Below, one piece after another: positions 57,379 through 64,000 of a DNA stretch of 64,000 bases. Below the pieces are notes generated by a model. It was not told where the DNA came from, searched no databases, and was given only the letters and a program-made list of their open reading frames with translations. Source of the stretch: Entomortierella parvispora E1425 (Eukaryota > Fungi > Mortierellomycota); assembly GCA_020891255.1 (NCBI GenBank), contig BQFW01000007.1, positions 1,364,001 through 1,428,000 of the forward strand, written 5' to 3'. Numbering within the stretch: position 1 is the stretch's first letter; each line of letters opens with the position of its first letter. The position numbers were made by a program, and so were the translations under genes.

Positions 57379-57821
57379 ACGCGTACGGTGTACGTGCCTG
57401 TCAACTGTGACCTTTGTTTCCTCTGCATTTTTGGGTGGATGGTTCCTCTCTGCCCCTTTGCACCTCCCTTCTCTTAGACCATTGCTCGCAGGACAAACCC
57501 CCCTGCCTGCACTCTTTGCTTCTCAACTTGCGTGTTCCGCTCCCGCGCGCGATTATCCCAGCCACAAAAAAAAAAAAAAAAAAGAGGCGATTTCTGCCTG
57601 CATCCCAGGACGCGGGATATCCTTCATTCTTTCTCAAAGCGGTCCATCCTGCTAGCTCATTCTCTCTGATGACTTGTGAAAAGTCTGCAACAACGCGTGT
57701 GGTGCATCCATCGCTGCATGCGCGAGAAGAAACTGGCCCCAATGTCGCCAATGCGCTGGCGACAGCGGCGTCTGTTGTTCAGGACAATAGTGCCATTCAT
57801 GGCGAAGCCTCATGCACGCGT
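57379..57821. promoter_or_regulatory. Three perfect MCB cores (ACGCGT) plus CGCG-rich sites upstream of Cdc25
   Basis: ACGCGT at 57379, 57693 and 57816; CCCGCGCGCGA near 57543; GCGCGAGA near 57720. Confidence 0.45.
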
Positions 57822-58042
57822 GATTCTCTAGCCTCGTACTGTTTTTGTTTTTGTGTTTTTGTTTTTTTATTTATTTGGCTGATATTGCAGAATCCTTTGT
57901 GCGTGTGAATGTGTGTTGTACCGATGAAAAACTATTACCTAACCATTGGCATGCTATCTGTTTCACATTGTCTAGTTCCACGCTACCCCATCTCCAGGCC
58001 GCTTCGGCCTCTGACCCAAAATCCTTGGACGCTCCTTCATCA

Positions 58043-60531
58043 ATGGACAGCACAATCGATATAATTGCCAAACCACTCAAAGATATCCTTGGTACCCATG
58101 ATACCATACTTCAGAAACCTATCGATGGAGTGGGTCTCGACTCCATGTAAGCAAAAAGACAAAATCATAGCAAAACTGGGTCTTTTTTTTTTTTTTTTTT
58201 TATGGCGGTGATTTTGGTGTTTTCTTGCCCCTGTTGACCCTCTCCTTTTTCAAAGAACAAAACTGCAGATTAAAACCGCAGAACATTTTCACACAGAGGC
58301 AGACAAGGAAAGTTCTGGCGATAGCGTCAGCGTGCTGCCGTCTGTCGTAACCGATACCCCCAACCTTTCGCCCACAGCAGTTCAAGAAAGGAGGTCGCCT
58401 ATAGCAGAGCTTTCTCAAAGGGTTCACGACTCGTGTCTTTCTTCTGACGAGGCCAACTCTCAGACACCAGGAAAAGCTTACCTGACCAGCCCGCCGCCGA
58501 GGAAACCGAGACATGACAGCGGTTGCGCTTCAGGATTCTTTTCCGACAATGACGATTCGAATCCTTTTATTCGAAGAAAAAAGTCTAAGAGTTCCTCTTC
58601 AGTTGGATTGAGCAACGATCGTATGTCCTCGCAAGCAACTGCAGCAGAGCCGTTCTCACAATCGCAACCCACCAACCCTTCATCCTCAGCGCCGTCTGCT
58701 TCTGCCTCTCATCCAGTTCCAGGAGGAAAACGCGAGGAGGCAATCATGAAGCCCATAGGCGAAGAGGCTATTATGAGCACTGCAGGCATGCAACAGAGAC
58801 GCGTGAGCGATATATCGACTTTACAAACTGGGAAAAGCCGACCCAAATCTCAATTCCTCGATAAAGAAAAGTCGTCCTTCTTTTCTGACAACGAAGACTC
58901 AAAGCCCACGCTGAAAATTCGTCGCAGGAGTTCCTCCTTCAAGCGACCGGTGGAAGATTCGGGTCTCTTTTCAGGGGACGAAGGAGAGCCTAGACCTCGG
59001 CGTAAGAAGATTGCGCGGGTTAGACCCACTGATTACGTCCGCGCCACCCTTGAGTAAGTCCGAGGAGGATGGTGTTTGCTGCAATTTATGAAGGAGGATT
59101 GAATCACGTCTTTCTGACTATATCGTTTGGGAATTTCACACAAAAACAGTAATAGCAAGTCTGCCAACAACCATTTTTCTCTCAGCAGCACCCGATCAGC
59201 CAAATCCTGTCGGGCGGAGAAGGCGGATATGGGGATCTTGGATGATGGAGACAAGATCATGAAGGAGGTTGATGACACTGAATCCAAGGATACCACAACA
59301 AAAGTACCCAACATTCATCAAGGGGATCAGACTAAAGTCCAGAACACGTCGCCGTTTCTCACAGGCTTCGAACCAGAGCCTTTGGTGAGGTCGATGACTG
59401 CCATTGGATCTGAAGGCGCACATGGACATTTGAAGCTGAAGAAATCCATGCCATATTTCAACCCTACACCACTGTATTCAAAAGACAGCGCAGGCTGCTC
59501 CCTGGGCAGCAGAAACAGTGACCCAACATCTACCATGGGATTGAAGAACAAAGTGTCCAAAGTGTCTTCTAAACAAGGTTTGATGTTGCCACCGACCACT
59601 GCAATTAATACAGAGTCTGAAACTGCACCTGCACTATCTTGCTCTTCACGGCCTGCAATGCTCAAGGCCTTTGGCCGTTCCCAGACAATGATCTCGCGCC
59701 GAGAAGAGTTCATGGATACCTTGGAATCAAATCGACATGCAGCCATCGAGCTTATTCAACAAGGTCATCGAGTTTCACGGCAAGGAATGACCATTATACC
59801 GACAGAGGCTCTTCCTAAGGTAGCACCGTTTGCTCCTCCATCCTATGTCCCTGATCCAAAAGTGAAAGAGTGCCAGATCTTGCCCTGTATCGACTTTGAG
59901 CCCAAGCCGAATGATAGCACTCGTCGAGTCTCGCCACAAACAGTAAGAATACCTTTTTTTTTGGGGGGGGGGGTGTGCATCATGATCCAATTTTCAGGAA
60001 CCGTTGCTAAGACGCGACGCTGTGTGTTTTTGTCGGCTAGGTTGTTGATATCCTTGAAGGCAAGTACAAGGACAAGTATGACGAATTCATTCTAGTGGAT
60101 TGCCGCTTCCCTTATGAGTATGAAGGAGGTCACATCAATGGAGCCGTCAACATTAACACACTCGACGAACTCGAGAAGCAACTGTTACAGCCAGCGATTA
60201 CGGACAAGCGCGTCCTGTTGATCTTTCACTGTGAATTTTCCTGCCATCGAGGACCTCGCATGTAAGGCAAACTGTTTGCTGCGAGAGAGCAGTTCTTTTT
60301 CCTTTTTTTGTTTTACCCCTTTGGTGTTTTCTTTGTATTCTTATGGCTCTCTTTGTGGTTTACAGGGCGCGCCACCTGCGCAATCAAGATCGGCATGCGA
60401 ACGTGGACCACTACCCGGCGCTCTTTTACCCTGAGGTCTATGTCATGCAGAGCGGGTACTCTGTCTTTTTCAGGGATCACAGGAGTCATTGTGTCCCTGA
60501 AGCCTATGTTCCCATGGATATCGTTGACTAG
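58043..60531 (+). CDS. CDC25: Cdc25/Mih1 M-phase inducer phosphatase, multi-exon
   Basis: ILVDCRFPYEYEGGHINGAVNI, LIFHCEFSCHRGPR|M, RHLRNQDR, YPALFYPEVYV; long Ser/Lys-rich N-terminal regulatory region. The start codon is the least certain part. Confidence 0.92.
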
Positions 60532-60822
60532 AAAAACGAGGCCTCGTAGTAGCGGCTTGTTTTCTTTCCTCTGTTTCTTCCATACCCCTTCAACGCATGT
60601 AATTCCATATCCTTATCCTTATCCCTATTCTTTCCTCATTTCATTCTGTACATTAATCATCTGCTGTGAAGACAATAACACTGTCCTTTTTTATGATATG
60701 AGGTACAAACAGGGGGATGAAGAAAGAAAGCTGTATGGTGTCTTTTGACTGGCAAAATGGAGTCTGGAATGCTGAAAAAAAATTGCCTTGAGAGAGAAAC
60801 GAGAAAAAAAGAACATTGTCCT

Positions 60823-63569
60823 CTAATCGATATCCATATCCTTGGACCCATCGTCCTGTGCGTCAGGCGTGGGGGACTGCTTGGGCTCCGGAGTAGTCGA
60901 CTCGGGGGTCTCGACGACCACAGGCGTGGGCTTGGGCTTGTTCAAGATCGGGGTCGCGAAGTAGATGATCTCGTCGCGCTGCTTCCTGATCTCGATCGAG
61001 GAGATCACAGGCTCCTCGTACTTGTGCTGCATCGACTGACGCTCCTCCTTATTCTCGATCCAGGTCTGAGCCTTGGAGATCTTCTCCACAATCTTGTTCT
61101 TTTCTTCCTCAGGGATGTGGGCATACCTCTCCTCGGAGCTCGTTGCTTGCGACATCAGCTGGTTGATCGTCTCTCTGAGCTCGCGGGCGGCCGTGGGGCG
61201 CGCCTCGGCCTCGCGGTAGCGGTGGATGACGGGGTTACCCACGACCTGCAACTCCGCCAGCTTGGCCGCATACACAGACTTTGTAGCCTCATCGCCCTCA
61301 TCATACAACCAATTCTCGGCATCGTTCAATTGCTGCACGAACGGTGCCTTGTCGGCAGGGTTGACATAGGCCTTGTAAACGCCATCGAGCTTGGAGCGAG
61401 TGTCGTAGATATACTCTTCCAAGCTGTTCTTGGCCATCTCTGTGTCCACCACCAGCTTGTCAGAAGCAATCATCTCCATCTCCTTCTCCCTCAGCTCGTT
61501 CAAGACGGATCGGTCCAATCCAGAAGTTGCGCTGACTACTGTCAAGTCACCCTTCTTGACCAGCTTCTTAACCTTGCGGGAGATAGGCGCATCGGAATCC
61601 TCGGCATTGATCTCCGTCTCATCCAAAAGCTCCTCCTTGATCACCTCCTCGACCACATAGGCGCCTTCGACCGCCAAAACGCCATGAATGTTCAATCTAG
61701 CCTTGACCTTGACACATGCAGGTTCGCCATTAACGGGCTCGACCTTCTTGACAGAGAAACGTCCAATCCAAGGGTTGATACCCGCTGGCAAATTCTCGGG
61801 CTCTGCGTACTGGGCTTCCAGGTCAAAGGGCTCGGATCTGTAAAAAGTCAGGATCTTGGTCGAAGGGATCGAGTTGTTCTTGTTAAACACCACAAGCTCG
61901 GTCTCCTCCTCCTCTGGTGTAGGCTGCCAAGTCATCTTGATAGGGTAGTTGGTGATGTCCTGAACAGAAAAGTCGCGGACCTTGAAGGCTGGAGACAAGA
62001 TGGCGCACTGCAGAGCGCATCCACGGGCCACGGCCTCATCCTGGTTCAAAGTGGAAGAAAGCTCCTTTTTGAAAAAGGCCGCAATGCGCTCCTTGAGGGC
62101 AGGGATACGAGTCGAGCCTCCGACAATCTCCACGGCATCGATATCATCCACAGTCATGCCTGCTCCCTCCAAAGCCTGCTGAAGAGGGGCTTCCACACGT
62201 CTAATCAGGTCCTTGGCCAACTCTTCAAACTCGGCACGGGTCATCATCGAGGCGACGTCACGGTCCTCCATGATGGATTCGATGTTTAATGGAGCCTGGG
62301 CGTTGGCAGAAAGGACCTTCTTCAACTTTTCGCATCCAGTCATCAGACGGATCATAGCCTTGCCGTTTGACTTGACGTCAATCTTGTACTTGTGCTGGAA
62401 CTCGGCCGCAAAGTGATCCAGCAACATGCGGTCAAAATCGCGTCCTCCAAAGTGGCGATCAAAGGCGCGCGACTTTACCGTAAGCTGACCCTTGACAAAG
62501 GATACAATGGAGGCCGTGTAGGTAGAATGGCCCACATCCACAAAGCAGATGTTGCGGGGTTTATCCTCGGGCAGGTCCGTCTTTGTGATACCATAGCCCA
62601 GGGCAACGGCAGTCGAGTCGTTCAAGAGTCTCAGCACGTTCAAACCTGCAATCTCAGAGGCGTCCAAAACAGCGCGGCGCTGGACGTCGGTGAACCAGGA
62701 AGGAATGGCAACAACACAGTCCGAGACAGGGAGCTTGGTCTCATGCGTAGCAATCTCTTTTATCTTTGTGAGATACATGGCAAAGAGTTGGACAGTGGTG
62801 AAGGCCGTTTCTTGTCCTTGGTAGTTGACCTTGACGGCCAACTGGCCATTGATGTCGACCAGAGGAGCCGTGAGGTACCTTTTCTCAATCTCCTGAACCT
62901 CCCGATCTGCAAAGGTGCGACCGACAATTCGCTTCAGTGACGAGACCGTGTTCTTGAAGTTTGAGATCTCTTGCGTCTTGGCCGTCTCTCCGAGATAACG
63001 TTGCTTTGGACCAAATGACACCAGGGTCTATCAGCGGGGTGGCACAGGATTCGATCTGGTTAGATTTTCTTTTTGTTGATATTGTTGTTGGGTGGGTGGT
63101 GGTGGCCCTGAACATTTTTTTTTTTTTGTTGTTGTTGTTTGGTCTTGATAACTCATGCCATGCCCGCACAGCGGTATTATGCAATCTTTCATTATTATCA
63201 TTTTTTTGCCAGGGTCCCCTTATCCCCTTGTCCTTTGAAGAAAGGTCCCCATCATGCAAAGGCTGTCCAAGCAAACAAGACGATCAAGAGTGGGGAGGAA
63301 AAGAATAAACAGAATAAACTTACGGGTGTGAATCTGTTGGAAACCTCATTGACAATAACATCAATACCGCGGTTTCTGGCCACGGCAATGACCGACTGCA
63401 GGTTTCCGAAATCAATACCTGGACAAGGGAGAGAGAAAAGAGTGAGAAAAGAAGAGGTTAGTCCAGACCTAAGTCGACGAGTGTGGGACATGGGGACTGC
63501 GAAAGTGACTATGAAACAGGCTCCAAGGCGGAGCTGGAAGGCAGACTTGAACTTACCGACAACCGACAT
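60823..63569 (-). CDS. SSE1: Hsp110 (Sse1/Hsp88) nucleotide-exchange chaperone, 3 exons
   Basis: MSVV|[32 protein letters not shown]|[55 protein letters not shown]-terminal MDID. Confidence 0.97.
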
Positions 63570-63888
63570 GGTGGTATGTGTGTGGAATGAGAAGAGGAAT
63601 GAAGGGAAGGAGAAAAGGGGGAAAAGAAGCAAGCTAGAGGTGAAACAACGCAAAGAAAGGATGCAGATGCAGGGGATGGGGGAGAATGAGGGAATGAGAG
63701 AGAAGAGAGAAAGATCAGTTCGAAAGATCACTCCTTTTTAAAAAGAAAAAAAAAAAGAGAGACAACGCGCGCGCACGGGCAGAACGAGACTTGAGCTCTG
63801 AGCCAGTGTAAGACACACTCGATCAGGAAGAAGGTGTGGGCGTTTTAGCGCATGTCGGCCTGCACGTTGCGCCAGTGACGACGAGAGG

Positions 63889-63913
63889 GTTCCACGAGGT
63901 TCGAATGGCTTCC
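63889..63913. promoter_or_regulatory. Step-type heat-shock element upstream of Hsp110
   Basis: TTC at 63890, 63900 and 63910 (exact 10-bp spacing, nTTCn-N5-nTTCn-N5-nTTCn), about 320 bp upstream of the ATG; two more 10-bp-spaced GAA at 63946 and 63956. Confidence 0.5.
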
Positions 63914-64000
63914 ATGGCCCGAGTACCCCTAGGCGTGGATGGATGGAATGCCTAGGAATGAAGACGGGACGAAAAGAGGACGAGGCGAGAGGGAAGGGGA

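Noticed and set aside
60745-62289. 514-aa plus-strand ORF
   Set aside because: Antisense shadow of the codon-biased Hsp110 CDS; no domain-like sequence

Overview
Intron-rich eukaryotic genomic DNA (GT-AG introns of about 60-440 nt with CTAAC/CTGAC branch points). Gene content and style point to an early-diverging fungus, most likely Mortierellaceae (inference). About 22 protein-coding genes can be modelled by hand. Conserved genes: ADP/ATP carrier, MBF/SBF-type APSES-ankyrin factor, ARPC1, TMEM115, PTC1-type PP2C, Cdc25, Hsp110, a double-SCP2 peroxisomal protein, a PhyH-like dioxygenase, a GNAT and three F-box/LRR genes. Unusual loci: (i) a coiled-coil protein whose C-terminal domain matches my recollection of metazoan ICE1 (little elongation complex); (ii) a spliced in-frame fusion of a catalytically degenerate S4-RluD-type pseudouridine synthase to an intact PrmC/HemK methyltransferase; (iii) a very large TRP-like channel with an N-terminal phloem-protein-2-like lectin domain and a beta-propeller; (iv) a GT47 exostosin-like glycosyltransferase; (v) a retropepsin-fold protein lacking the DTG motif; (vi) a small secreted Cys-rich orphan; (vii) a decayed region at about 30-34.6 kb with out-of-order CBS/PB1 (Mug70-like) pseudogene fragments and an ~81-bp minisatellite. 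No rRNA, tRNA, CRISPR array or intact transposon was found. Exon boundaries are manual, and all family assignments come from motif recognition, not database searches.
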